A stretch of DNA of 64,000 bases from a virus (Duplodnaviria; Caudoviricetes): positions 3,175 through 67,174 of IMG/VR virus record IMGVR_UViG_3300031965_000021; one strand, 5' to 3'. The notes below the pieces were generated by a model. The model saw only the letters and a program-made list of their open reading frames with translations, did no database searches and was not told the DNA's origin. A program made the translations under genes and the position numbers. This document shows positions 55,420 to 64,000 of the stretch, in pieces. Each line of letters starts with the position of its first letter. Position 1 is the first letter of the stretch.

Positions 55420-56615
55420 TTCGATTTAACTAGCGTCATACCATATTCATTCTGAGTTTTGGTAGGTACTATGCCCTCTTTTAATATCAATCTGTTTCTT
55501 TTAAATTTTGAGTAATCGACGTTGTGATGCCAATGACCAAACTTCCAAGTTACAGTAACCTCATCAGGGTGTTGTTTTTGAAGAGATTTGGCAAAAGAAA
55601 GCCGGTGGTCACCAGTATTATACACATTATCTGTATTTCCACCCTTCATCGCTCCTTTTTTATCACCAGCACCTTTATATGTCTGTAACTTATTCATTAA
55701 TAAAGCTCTAAACAATACCGTGCAATACCCATCTTTCAATAACCGGAGGCTGAGGTCAGTATCCTCATTGTATCTCCCTCTCCATCTATGAGGCAAATTA
55801 GTATCAAGGAGAATACAAGAATATATTCGGCTATTTAAGAGGAATGGAGTTGATTTAGGCATCCTATCAGGCATAAAAGCCTGATCATGTGGACCAGCCA
55901 TAGCAATATTTTCATATCTGTCAACGAAGTCTTCCATGGCTCTAAAGAATCCACCGCCACGAACTTGAAGCCTTCGATTATTATTACACCGAACAAAATT
56001 CCCAATATTATCATCTAAAGTCCAGTGCCTTTTAAATTCTCTTTCTTTGGCCCAATCCCAGATATAATTTCTTGCAGGAACAGACCCTTTGCCAAGATCG
56101 TGAAAAGGCATCACCACGACGTTTTCTTCCCCGAGGTGATCTATATACTCATCACCTTCTGTTTCCTCTACAAAGAACTTATATGAGATTCCAAGAGCAT
56201 CTAATACCTTCCCTGTAGTTTGAACATCAGCCCTACCTTTACTTGGAATGCAAATAGGGTATCGGCTATCTGTTGGTTCACCGATATACTCAAACTGAGC
56301 GCTTTTTAACCTTTCCTGAGGAGGCCACCAAGTAGAATCAGATTTATGAGTAACCCTAATTCCAAGTTTCTTTGCAAAGTCCTGAACATCTTCCTTAGTC
56401 ATAAAGTTCATGGTTATCTGATATTTCGGGGTGGCGTCTTTCATCTCAAATTCCGGCATACCCCACCAAATATTTTTCCAATCCGGTTCTACATCAAATA
56501 AGTTTACACACTTGATTTCTCTGGTGGGTCTGTTCTTGTTTAAGTCTTCCATCTGATATTTATCCAAGAAGGTATAGTTTATAGAAAAATAGGGATGCCA
56601 GAAAATATCCAACAC
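55416..56615 (-). CDS. GREB1/TET-associated (TAGT)-like GT-A glycosyltransferase with N-terminal accessory domain
   Basis: YPICIPSKGR, ARN.IWD.A, HW.LDDNI, RIYSCIL, RYNEDTDLSL. Confidence 0.7.
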   Translation of the reverse strand: MLDIFWHPYFSINYTFLDKYQMEDLNKNRPTREIKCVNLFDVEPDWKNIWWGMPEFEMKDATPKYQITMNFMTKEDVQDFAKKLGIRVTHKSDSTWWPPQERLKSAQFEYIGEPTDSRYPICIPSKGRADVQTTGKVLDALGISYKFFVEETEGDEYIDHLGEENVVVMPFHDLGKGSVPARNYIWDWAKEREFKRHWTLDDNIGNFVRCNNNRRLQVRGGGFFRAMEDFVDRYENIAMAGPHDQAFMPDRMPKSTPFLLNSRIYSCILLDTNLPHRWRGRYNEDTDLSLRLLKDGYCTVLFRALLMNKLQTYKGAGDKKGAMKGGNTDNVYNTGDHRLSFAKSLQKQHPDEVTVTWKFGHWHHNVDYSKFKRNRLILKEGIVPTKTQNEYGMTLVKSK

Positions 56616-56659
56616 CCCTATTTTGTTTTCGAAACAGCATTAAGCAGAATTACTTAGAA

Positions 56660-57370
56660 CTACTTTACGAACTTGCGGTTGTATGCATAGAGGGCGTTGC
56701 CGATTACTCGGTACGGCTTTTCCGGGAACTTTTCTTTGGCCTGTAGAACAATTGCATCTTCGTGTTGAGTACCGAGGCCGGTTGGGATAACTGATACAAA
56801 AAAGTCATTGATACTAACAGATGATTCTTTCGGTTGCTTGGCAGGTTTATCTGCTTTTCCTTTTTTACCAGAAGGCTTTTCCGGAGCCGGAGCTGAACCG
56901 TCAAGTTTCCCAATCAAATATTCTTTGAGTTTGGCAGTATCCTTATAGAACGGCGGCGGAATCCGAATTGACCAGGCCTTGGCGATGTTCTTCAACTTCT
57001 CAACATCTTTGGTCTTTTTGACTAGGGCAATATCAGCGGCTTTGGCGGCTGCATCTTCATCACCGTTTTCTTCTTCCTGGCCGTTTTCTTCCTGCTCTTC
57101 GCCCGGCTCCTCAAAATCTGCAATACCGGCTATAGTTTCAATATCAAGGGCATTAAGGGTTTCGGCGGTCTCTTTCTGGATGGTATCGGTTGCTTCAAGT
57201 TCTTCGGCTGTCTCTGTTACTTCTGCTTTCAGCTCATCATATTCCAGTTCCAAATCAATACCTTCTTCTGGATCTGCAAACATGAAAGAGTTAAAATCTT
57301 CGGCTACAGCAATAAGCTGCTCCAGTGTCACTTCTGGCTTCGGGTTTTTCTTACTTTTTTTAGGGGCCAT
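56660..57370 (-). CDS. hypothetical protein with highly acidic N-half and Lys/Pro linker
   Basis: AGGAG RBS; first gene after the promoter motif. Confidence 0.75.
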   Translation of the reverse strand: MAPKKSKKNPKPEVTLEQLIAVAEDFNSFMFADPEEGIDLELEYDELKAEVTETAEELEATDTIQKETAETLNALDIETIAGIADFEEPGEEQEENGQEEENGDEDAAAKAADIALVKKTKDVEKLKNIAKAWSIRIPPPFYKDTAKLKEYLIGKLDGSAPAPEKPSGKKGKADKPAKQPKESSVSINDFFVSVIPTGLGTQHEDAIVLQAKEKFPEKPYRVIGNALYAYNRKFVK

Positions 57371-57444
57371 GGTATTTCTCCTGTTTTTAGGAATTTTCAG
57401 TTTGGTTGATGGTCAGAATAACTTTTAAAGTCATCCTCATTTGT

Positions 57445-57478
57445 CTTATTATAGACTTGAAATCGTGTTTCATTAAGA
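57445..57478 (-). promoter_or_regulatory. promoter (repeated motif)
   Basis: CTTAATGAAA-N15-TATAATAAG. Confidence 0.65.
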
Positions 57479-57507
57479 AATATTTCCAATTTTTTAAAAA
57501 TAAATTG

Positions 57508-59043
57508 TTAAAAGCTGTCTACTATGGCCCTCCCTTGCGCTAAAGACTGTAGTATCGTTACGTAATTCTTCTGATCACTATCATCTTCCCTGACTGCCAA
57601 CATACCTAATCTCATAACTCTTCGCAGCTTTTCTTCCGGTAGTTGGTTCAAAGTTATTGTGCCAGTTACATGGGAAAACTTACGCTTGTCTTCGCTGAAA
57701 TTGCGGTAGCCCAACCACTTCAAATATTGGCTCTCTGCATCAGATTGACTGGCAGAGATAACCAAACAGTGCTTTTCCTGGGATAATCCACGCATACTGG
57801 CCCACGCCTGATTGATAGCATTCCTGTCATGATTCGGCACAATCAAGTCCATATAGTCGGTTATAATCACATCCGGAACAAAACCATCTTCGTCTTGCCA
57901 TAAATTTAGCTGGTGTCTAATCTCCTCCATAGTCAGAGTATTATTGGCATACGAGGAAAGTCTCATTTTAGACTTCTTCCCCCACCTTCTATTCAACTTC
58001 TCTCCCGCCTTAACAGCATCGGTCCATACAAGCGGTGTAACCGGCTTCCTAAGAACAAACCAGGATGACCCTTTAAAAGTATACCCCTCCTCTTTATTTT
58101 TTAAGCAGTGAGTGCAAACAACGTGGTCTTTGGCTTCCTCATAAGTTAATAACTCACCCTTTTCTTTATCCTTAACTATTCCCCAAATACCGGCTCTATG
58201 AGAACAGTCACAAGAATCATCTTGATTATGCCAGCAATCTAAAATGGGAACTTTTAATTCACCACAATATCGAGGTTTATGACTTCTTCCTGTAAACCTG
58301 ATCCCGTATCTTAATTGAAGTTGAGGAGTGGTCATATCCCCGGCAGAAAAGAAAGCCACATTTAAACCCGCTTTTCTGGCCCACATGGATAGTTCAATTA
58401 GCAAAAATGTTTTCCCTCGTTTTTCAGGGCCTAATAAAGTGACAAATCCATCCCTTACAAAAAGATCGTTGAGGAATTTGCCTACAGCCCCAGGGAGTCT
58501 AAAGAGCGGCTCACCTGCCGACTCAAAGGCTTTTTGCATCCCATCTCTATCAGTAAAAGGATCAATACCATTTGACTGAGGAAGGGATATTCGTTTGTAC
58601 TCAAGAATTTCTTTTTGGGCAGCTGCCACATCACCCCTGCTTAATCCTTGTTTTATCCCGGCTACTTTATTGGCCAGATTTCTACTCTCGAAATGCTTCT
58701 CTGCTTGATCAAGAGTATAAGCGCTATTGAATTGCTCTGCCCTCTCATATTCGGTATTGAGGCTTAGAAGCAGGTCGGAAATAAGTTTTTCCTGGTCATC
58801 ATCTAAATTGCCGTTTCTGACCTGCTTTTTGTAGATATCCTCAATGTGAATACCTGGAGCAGACTCAAATTGTTTGTAGTATTCCTGGCACCACCCGATT
58901 ACAGTTAAGATGAATGGGGTTTCGATCAAGTCTGTTTTTAGGATAGGTTGAACATCCCTAATAAACTTATCGTTAACGATCATCCCCAGGAGTATTTGCC
59001 TTTCCGGATTTTCAGATACTTTTCTTCTCCTGTATGTTGTCAT
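57508..59043 (-). CDS. DnaB-like replicative helicase
   Basis: Walker A GPEKRGKT, IITDYMD, SASQ motifs. Confidence 0.85.
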   Translation of the reverse strand: MTTYRRRKVSENPERQILLGMIVNDKFIRDVQPILKTDLIETPFILTVIGWCQEYYKQFESAPGIHIEDIYKKQVRNGNLDDDQEKLISDLLLSLNTEYERAEQFNSAYTLDQAEKHFESRNLANKVAGIKQGLSRGDVAAAQKEILEYKRISLPQSNGIDPFTDRDGMQKAFESAGEPLFRLPGAVGKFLNDLFVRDGFVTLLGPEKRGKTFLLIELSMWARKAGLNVAFFSAGDMTTPQLQLRYGIRFTGRSHKPRYCGELKVPILDCWHNQDDSCDCSHRAGIWGIVKDKEKGELLTYEEAKDHVVCTHCLKNKEEGYTFKGSSWFVLRKPVTPLVWTDAVKAGEKLNRRWGKKSKMRLSSYANNTLTMEEIRHQLNLWQDEDGFVPDVIITDYMDLIVPNHDRNAINQAWASMRGLSQEKHCLVISASQSDAESQYLKWLGYRNFSEDKRKFSHVTGTITLNQLPEEKLRRVMRLGMLAVREDDSDQKNYVTILQSLAQGRAIVDSF

Positions 59044-59735
59044 GGTCTATAATTTCGATCAAACTTCTTTTCACATTCTCTGCAACGAAAGATATCATCG
59101 GCAGCCAAATAGGTTTGTACTGCTCCGGGGCAGGTACAATATTCTTTCTCAGCAACAATTAATTTACATTCATCAGAAGAGGAGGATTCATCATCATCAT
59201 CATCATCCTCCTCAATAACTCCTTTACAATATTGGCAACGATAAATCCGTTGTTTATAGTCATAATATATGCCTTTTGATTCAGAACACCCACAATAGCC
59301 TGATGAAACAACTACTGATGCTATTTTTCTATCGTTAGGTATTTCAATATCATCGGTATTTACTGGATGCTTCAGAAGGATATCCCTATCCAAAATCACT
59401 TCTTTTAAATTTTTATTTCCTTTTGCAATTACTTGGCAGACAGGACAATCACAAAGAAGATTGTCAAAATGGCTTGGTTGTTTCTTCTGTTCTTCAACCG
59501 TTTCTTTATAATCCTTCTCAAAAATAGCCTGCCGCAAATATACAACCAAATCAAGCGCTTCCTGATAAGCATCAATCAAGACATTCCGACCATTAAAAGG
59601 TTGGAGTCTTGTTCCATATTTTTCTTTCCCTTTCTTGTCTCTTTCAATTATATCCGCATACACAAGATCCCAGACAGCAGGGAATTTATTTTTAATCGGT
59701 GCTGGTTCATGTTCATTTAATTTCTTAGAAATCAT
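59040..59735 (-). CDS. possible all-alpha NTP pyrophosphohydrolase-like domain plus Cys-rich C-terminus
   Basis: ER..KG..KYG..L....G...L.DAYQE.LD..VYL; three CxC/CxxC clusters. Confidence 0.4.
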   Translation of the reverse strand: MISKKLNEHEPAPIKNKFPAVWDLVYADIIERDKKGKEKYGTRLQPFNGRNVLIDAYQEALDLVVYLRQAIFEKDYKETVEEQKKQPSHFDNLLCDCPVCQVIAKGNKNLKEVILDRDILLKHPVNTDDIEIPNDRKIASVVVSSGYCGCSESKGIYYDYKQRIYRCQYCKGVIEEDDDDDDESSSSDECKLIVAEKEYCTCPGAVQTYLAADDIFRCRECEKKFDRNYRP

Positions 59736-60052
59736 TTCACTTTATCTCCCAGGTCAAGTTCTTCTCCAAGAACTATTGATTTGTGATCATCGATTATCGG
59801 AGCATGTCTGATGTCTGCCCGTTGTCTTGAGCTAAAAGTTCTTTTCAAATATTCTTTTGCTGCTATCAAGCCTTCATCTGGCTTGATACCGATTTTCTTT
59901 TTTAGACCAGTAAAGAGGCCCCCAAAATAGATTTCCTTTGTTTTCTTTTCAGGGGCTGGTTTGGGTTTAGGGGGTTTGTCGACAATAACAACGTTGACAT
60001 CCACTCCACGAAATGTTCTCGTTACCGTTCTCTTATTGCCGTCATCTTTCAT
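59732..60052 (-). CDS. hypothetical protein, 106 aa
   Basis: ATGA-coupled ORF. Confidence 0.65.
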   Translation of the reverse strand: MKDDGNKRTVTRTFRGVDVNVVIVDKPPKPKPAPEKKTKEIYFGGLFTGLKKKIGIKPDEGLIAAKEYLKRTFSSRQRADIRHAPIIDDHKSIVLGEELDLGDKVK

Positions 60053-60085
60053 TTATTTCCTTTCCCTCCTTTTACTATCTATGTA

Positions 60086-60355
60086 TTAAATAATTTTTTC
60101 CAAATTATCAGTGAGATTACCGAGTATCTGAAATACTTTTCTCTGGTCGATGTTTGAATCCATATTATATCCAAAATGCTTATCTATTTTGTTGATTGCC
60201 TTTCTGTAACAATCAAGTTTCCTATTTGATGATTCTAATGCATTTGCTAATTGTTCGTAAGTTGGGCACCTACCATATTTATTACAACTTCCTCCATCTT
60301 CATTCCCTGGTGTTGAATACCTAACTGGCCTACCACAACCACATTTACCTTTCAT
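60086..60355 (-). CDS. hypothetical protein, 89 aa
   Basis: GGAGG RBS; Cys-rich N-terminus. Confidence 0.65.
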   Translation of the reverse strand: MKGKCGCGRPVRYSTPGNEDGGSCNKYGRCPTYEQLANALESSNRKLDCYRKAINKIDKHFGYNMDSNIDQRKVFQILGNLTDNLEKII

Positions 60356-60993
60356 TTACCCCTCCTATCTTTGTGTGTTCGTCTGTCTGCTCCGCTTAAT
60401 TTGATGATTTTACACATTCCTCTTATCCTGCTGGTAATCCTATCATCCCCGAGTTTGTCTGCCAATTCATCCAGATCAAAGTTTGAGGTAATAATTGTTG
60501 TCCTGATATTCTCGTATCGCTGATTAATGATTAGGTACATAGTCTGAAGCGCCCATTCTGACGTTTTCTCGACTCCGAGATCGTCAAAACAGAGCCAGGG
60601 TATAGAAGAGTACTTCTCGACTAAAAAACGCTCGTCCTGGGCCTGCTCCGGGCTATTATACGACTGTCTAATGTTGAAAAGCAGCAAGGAAACGTTTATC
60701 CAGGCAAATTGATTGAAGTTGGTTGGTGTGGCATTCATCATCTCAGCATACATAATCTTGGCAGCAAGATGGCTTTTACCAGTTCCTTGCTCCCCATGAA
60801 TGAAGGTACTGCTTTTGAACGCACATTCCGGGTCATATTCCTTGGAGATATTTTCGATGATTACCCGTGGCACTTCGGCAGGTAAAACTTTGTCAGGGGC
60901 AAGAGCCGCCAATGCTCTTTTTTTTCGACATTGTAGACAGAGCGGAAAAACATCTCCTTTCAGTTTGATATCGCAATCTTTGCATCTGGTCAT
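60352..60993 (-). CDS. DnaC/IstB-like helicase loader ATPase
   Basis: GEQGTGKSHLA, LCFDDLG.EK, TIITSN, RI.SRI. Confidence 0.9.
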   Translation of the reverse strand: MTRCKDCDIKLKGDVFPLCLQCRKKRALAALAPDKVLPAEVPRVIIENISKEYDPECAFKSSTFIHGEQGTGKSHLAAKIMYAEMMNATPTNFNQFAWINVSLLLFNIRQSYNSPEQAQDERFLVEKYSSIPWLCFDDLGVEKTSEWALQTMYLIINQRYENIRTTIITSNFDLDELADKLGDDRITSRIRGMCKIIKLSGADRRTHKDRRGK

Positions 60994-61004
60994 AGCATTT
61001 CTCC

Positions 61005-62030
61005 TTATAAAGAAAACGGAAGACCCGTTTTTGAGTATATCAGGTTCCCATCTTTGTCGGTTTCCACTTCTTCGGTTTCTGTTCCAGCGTATTTCTTGGG
61101 TTTTACTTTGGTGCCGTTGCCTGGGCTTGTTCTGGATCTTGTTTTTGGTTCTTGCCTGGTCATTGCTGATTCAAGTTTATTGAATTTAGTGCGGAAGGAT
61201 TCAGCAGAGAAACATTCCGGGACAAACTCTTCACCTATATGATCGGCGTACCAGTATAACACTTCCCAAATGCGCGGAATCGGAACTTGGTCAATCTCAT
61301 TTAGTTTACGGAAATGGGTGGGCCATTGATGGGTGCGGGTGCCCAGGGTTATTTTATTTACAGACGAAACAGTCTCTTTCAGGTTTTCAGAGAAGCGGCT
61401 ATATATTCTTTTTACAGAACCAGCTACTTTTTTAGTTTCAGAGGTTTGGTTACCCCCTGAATCAAAAGAATTAGTATTTTTTTCTTTCAGAGAGATATCT
61501 TTTAAGTCCTTTACTGTCTTTTTACTATTTACTGTCCTTTTATATTGGACTATAGATTTTTGGCTTACTCCGGACTGTATATTTTTTATATACTCGGGAG
61601 AGGCCACTTTTCTAAATATACCTCCCTCTGGATTATAGAATTGATCATTGAAATGATTCTCATCTGATAGTGGTGTTGGATAGTCTTTTTCCTTTATGAT
61701 TATATCGTCAATACTGTTAAGTATATACTTGTATGGCTGATGAGAAAGGCGTGCTTGCCCTTTTGGGGCTATAACCTGAATGAAGTTGTATTTCTTGAGG
61801 ATACGTAGGTGGGTCTTGAATGTCTGAAGAGATATCCCAATATATTCCGCCCAATCGTCTTGTTTCATATTGGTGAATACTTGTTCTTCTCTTCCTGCAC
61901 AATACCGTTTGAATGTGCTAAGGATAGTAAATGCTGTTGGTCCTATTATTCTGATATAACGGTCAATGATTGCATTTTTTGTTTCAAAGTAGCCTTCTCT
62001 GGCATCTTTGTCTTGGAGGATCATTGTCAT
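61005..62030 (-). CDS. replication initiator-like protein with N-terminal winged HTH (probable start 62030)
   Basis: ATGA overlap with the upstream stop; HTH-like N-terminus; upstream of the DnaC-like gene. Confidence 0.65.
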   Translation of the reverse strand: MTMILQDKDAREGYFETKNAIIDRYIRIIGPTAFTILSTFKRYCAGREEQVFTNMKQDDWAEYIGISLQTFKTHLRILKKYNFIQVIAPKGQARLSHQPYKYILNSIDDIIIKEKDYPTPLSDENHFNDQFYNPEGGIFRKVASPEYIKNIQSGVSQKSIVQYKRTVNSKKTVKDLKDISLKEKNTNSFDSGGNQTSETKKVAGSVKRIYSRFSENLKETVSSVNKITLGTRTHQWPTHFRKLNEIDQVPIPRIWEVLYWYADHIGEEFVPECFSAESFRTKFNKLESAMTRQEPKTRSRTSPGNGTKVKPKKYAGTETEEVETDKDGNLIYSKTGLPFSL

Positions 62031-62386
62031 CTTAAAATCCCCCTTTGTCTTTTTATTAAATAAAATTCTTTTGCTGGGATTCCTTTCATATAAGTTTCTA
62101 GCATCCCAAGTTCTTTCAATTTCTTTTTGCAATCTCGAATCTGGAATTTAGAAAGCCCAATACAGTCAGTAATGTATTGCTGAGTTATTACAAATGATCC
62201 GTCTTCTTCAATTGTCCTTGGATCTTGACCTGGATTACTAACAATATCGTATTTTTCTTCAATTATAAAGGCATAGAATATAGCTAGATTAAAACCATGC
62301 TTTTTGACTAATAATTTATTAATGCATAAAGCATTGGGGTGTGGGCTTTGAAAACTGGTAAAAACGGAAAAATCTTGATCGTTCAT
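62027..62386 (-). CDS. winged-HTH replication protein-like
   Basis: F.ITQ..I....GLS..Q...C.K.L...G.LE....G.PAK.FY pattern. Confidence 0.65.
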   Translation of the reverse strand: MNDQDFSVFTSFQSPHPNALCINKLLVKKHGFNLAIFYAFIIEEKYDIVSNPGQDPRTIEEDGSFVITQQYITDCIGLSKFQIRDCKKKLKELGMLETYMKGIPAKEFYLIKRQRGILR

Positions 62387-62423
62387 TTTTGATCTCCTTC
62401 TTTGAAAAGAGTTATAAAAGACA

Positions 62424-62516
62424 GGGAGGAAGCAAAGATGTTTATTTAAAGTTCCGGTGGACTATGCCGTCTTTAAATAAACCTTCCTCCCCTGGCCCTT
62501 TCAGGCCACACCGGGG
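62424..62516 (-). promoter_or_regulatory. structured 5' leader with long hairpin (attenuator-like)
   Basis: 9-bp and 12-bp perfect inverted repeats plus an adjacent GC hairpin. Confidence 0.5.
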
Positions 62517-62655
62517 ATCAGCCAGTGCTCTTTAGGGATTGTACAAATTTAGTCCTGAAGATATTTATTATATACTAATTTTTAAATTTTACTTAGATTT
62601 ATTTTTAAGTTAGGGAAAATAACTTAAAAAGTATTACAATGTAGTATTAAAAAAT

Positions 62656-63576
62656 TTAATAGTTAAGCAATTCTCTTATCAATCCATCAGCGTCTTCCTG
62701 TTTCATCTCTCCCGGATCTCCTTTTAACAACTCCACTATCTCCACATGACGATCCTCATTATAAAGAGCAATTGCCAATAGTCTGGCCTGCTCCTGAGCC
62801 TGCTCCTCTCCATCAAATAAAATAAACACCTTCCTGAATCTCAGCAATAACACCACCTGCTCCTGAGTATACTTAATCCCGAAAGTCGCAACAGAGCCAT
62901 CTCCCAACCGCCACACATCTGTAACCCCTTCAACCACCACTACACTATCACCAACAACATTATCATACCCATATAAACAGTGCTTGTGAGGCCTGACTTC
63001 ATCCTCTTCCCTACAAGCCTTATATTTTAATTCTGATCTGCCGGTTATATCCCGCCCTTGATACGACACTAATTTGCTTTCAAATTCGATCGGAATTATA
63101 ATCCTATGGTTATACCCTCCCGCTGGCCCTGTGGCTTGTAGTGAGTACTTTGCAGCGATTTTTGAAGGAAGAAAGCCTCTTACCCTCAGATATTTTTTAT
63201 GGATAGTCTTCAGTGGGCCTGTTCCTGGTGGCAATTTACAAACTGTTACTCCTGAAGACGGTCCTTTTTTAATCCCTGGAGAATAAAAGGCTATATTGCT
63301 GCCTTCTAAAGAGTATTGCTTAATGATCAAATAGGCTTCTCTTTCATCAACAGATAGGATGGTTGAGATTACTTTGGTGGCTTTCTTTCCTCCACACCGC
63401 CAACAGGAGAAGGCGCCAAAGAACTTTGATTTTAGGTCAACACAATAGCCCAGGTGATTTCCTGCGTGTCCCGAGCAAAATGGGCAGGGGATTCCCACCC
63501 ATCCTTTGGCTATACCGGGACCACTTTCTTGAAAAGTAATCCCGAACTTTTGATAGAGTTTGATTATGTCAATCAT
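62656..63576 (-). CDS. DNA primase (zinc finger plus Toprim)
   Basis: CPFC..H....CWRCG; VVEGVTD; LFDGE. Confidence 0.85.
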   Translation of the reverse strand: MIDIIKLYQKFGITFQESGPGIAKGWVGIPCPFCSGHAGNHLGYCVDLKSKFFGAFSCWRCGGKKATKVISTILSVDEREAYLIIKQYSLEGSNIAFYSPGIKKGPSSGVTVCKLPPGTGPLKTIHKKYLRVRGFLPSKIAAKYSLQATGPAGGYNHRIIIPIEFESKLVSYQGRDITGRSELKYKACREEDEVRPHKHCLYGYDNVVGDSVVVVEGVTDVWRLGDGSVATFGIKYTQEQVVLLLRFRKVFILFDGEEQAQEQARLLAIALYNEDRHVEIVELLKGDPGEMKQEDADGLIRELLNY

Positions 63577-63953
63577 TACTGGTACTCGATTGAAAAAATA
63601 TCACCTGAAGAAGCCTCGGCAAGTGCAACTACTTTATTTGTAACAACTCCACCAAAAGTATTTTTGCCGCGAAAGAGCATTGTCAAAAGCAGATACCCAT
63701 CTTTATCAATATATCTTGTTTCAACGTGCTTAAAACTTTCTGGATCATTCATATTAGACTTTATTACTTTAACTAATTTTTTGTGTGATCCATCCCATAG
63801 ATCAAATTGGTTTTCAATCAATTGTTGTTCTGATGCCGCTGGCGCTATAACTTTTGTTTCGGTTGGTTTTACGGTTACGTCATTTTTGAGATTTCTTCCA
63901 ACCATAACAAGTGATATAAAAACAAGGAAAAGTGTTATTAAAGTTCTCATCAC
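63576..63953 (-). CDS. membrane-anchored hypothetical protein
   Basis: N-terminal TM segment; MNDPESFKH..T..FRGKN.FGG.V motif. Confidence 0.7.
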   Translation of the reverse strand: MMRTLITLFLVFISLVMVGRNLKNDVTVKPTETKVIAPAASEQQLIENQFDLWDGSHKKLVKVIKSNMNDPESFKHVETRYIDKDGYLLLTMLFRGKNTFGGVVTNKVVALAEASSGDIFSIEYQ

Positions 63954-64000
63954 GCCACCTCATTACATACACAGTTTTTTAGGTTGATTACCGAGCAGAA

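Noticed and set aside
1444-63987. Many 60-150 aa ORFs antisense to or nested in the called genes
   Set aside because: No RBS or motifs; they overlap well-supported genes in a genome with clear strand blocks
1-64000. CRISPR array, diversity-generating retroelement, integrase or attachment site
   Set aside because: No regularly spaced repeats, reverse transcriptase or recombinase motifs were seen; lifestyle cannot be determined from this window

Overview
This window is part of a tailed dsDNA phage genome, most likely a siphovirus (long tape measure, no sheath gene). It has two arms. The + strand arm (about 1.0-32.6 kb) covers packaging, head, an accessory island, lysis and tail genes. The - strand arm (about 32.6-64 kb, plus 1-0.8 kb) covers recombination, a nearly complete bacterial-type replisome (DnaE, beta clamp, clamp loader, helicase, loader, primase, SSB) and nucleotide/sugar enzymes. 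No integrase or CRISPR array was seen. The top candidates for undescribed biology are: (1) two related tRNA-like RNA genes (44233-44397, 46133-46258) with an intact Leu-type tRNA body and compensatory base changes, but with the anticodon loop replaced by 85- and 63-nt domains, one holding an ATG-to-TAA mini-ORF; (2) a complete type III hammerhead ribozyme in a gene leader (610-662); (3) a 7-kb island of fibre-like and lyase-like proteins that all carry signal peptides; (4) a UDP-xylose synthase next to a GREB1/TAGT-like glycosyltransferase, suggesting pentose modification of DNA. Also found: a Rad50/SbcC split at its zinc hook, an HNH-type intein in DnaE, a MuF protein with an ART-like tail, a ferredoxin and a PLA2-like lipoprotein in the lysis cassette, and a repeated non-canonical promoter motif. 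All assignments come from reading motifs by eye; no database search or folding program was run.
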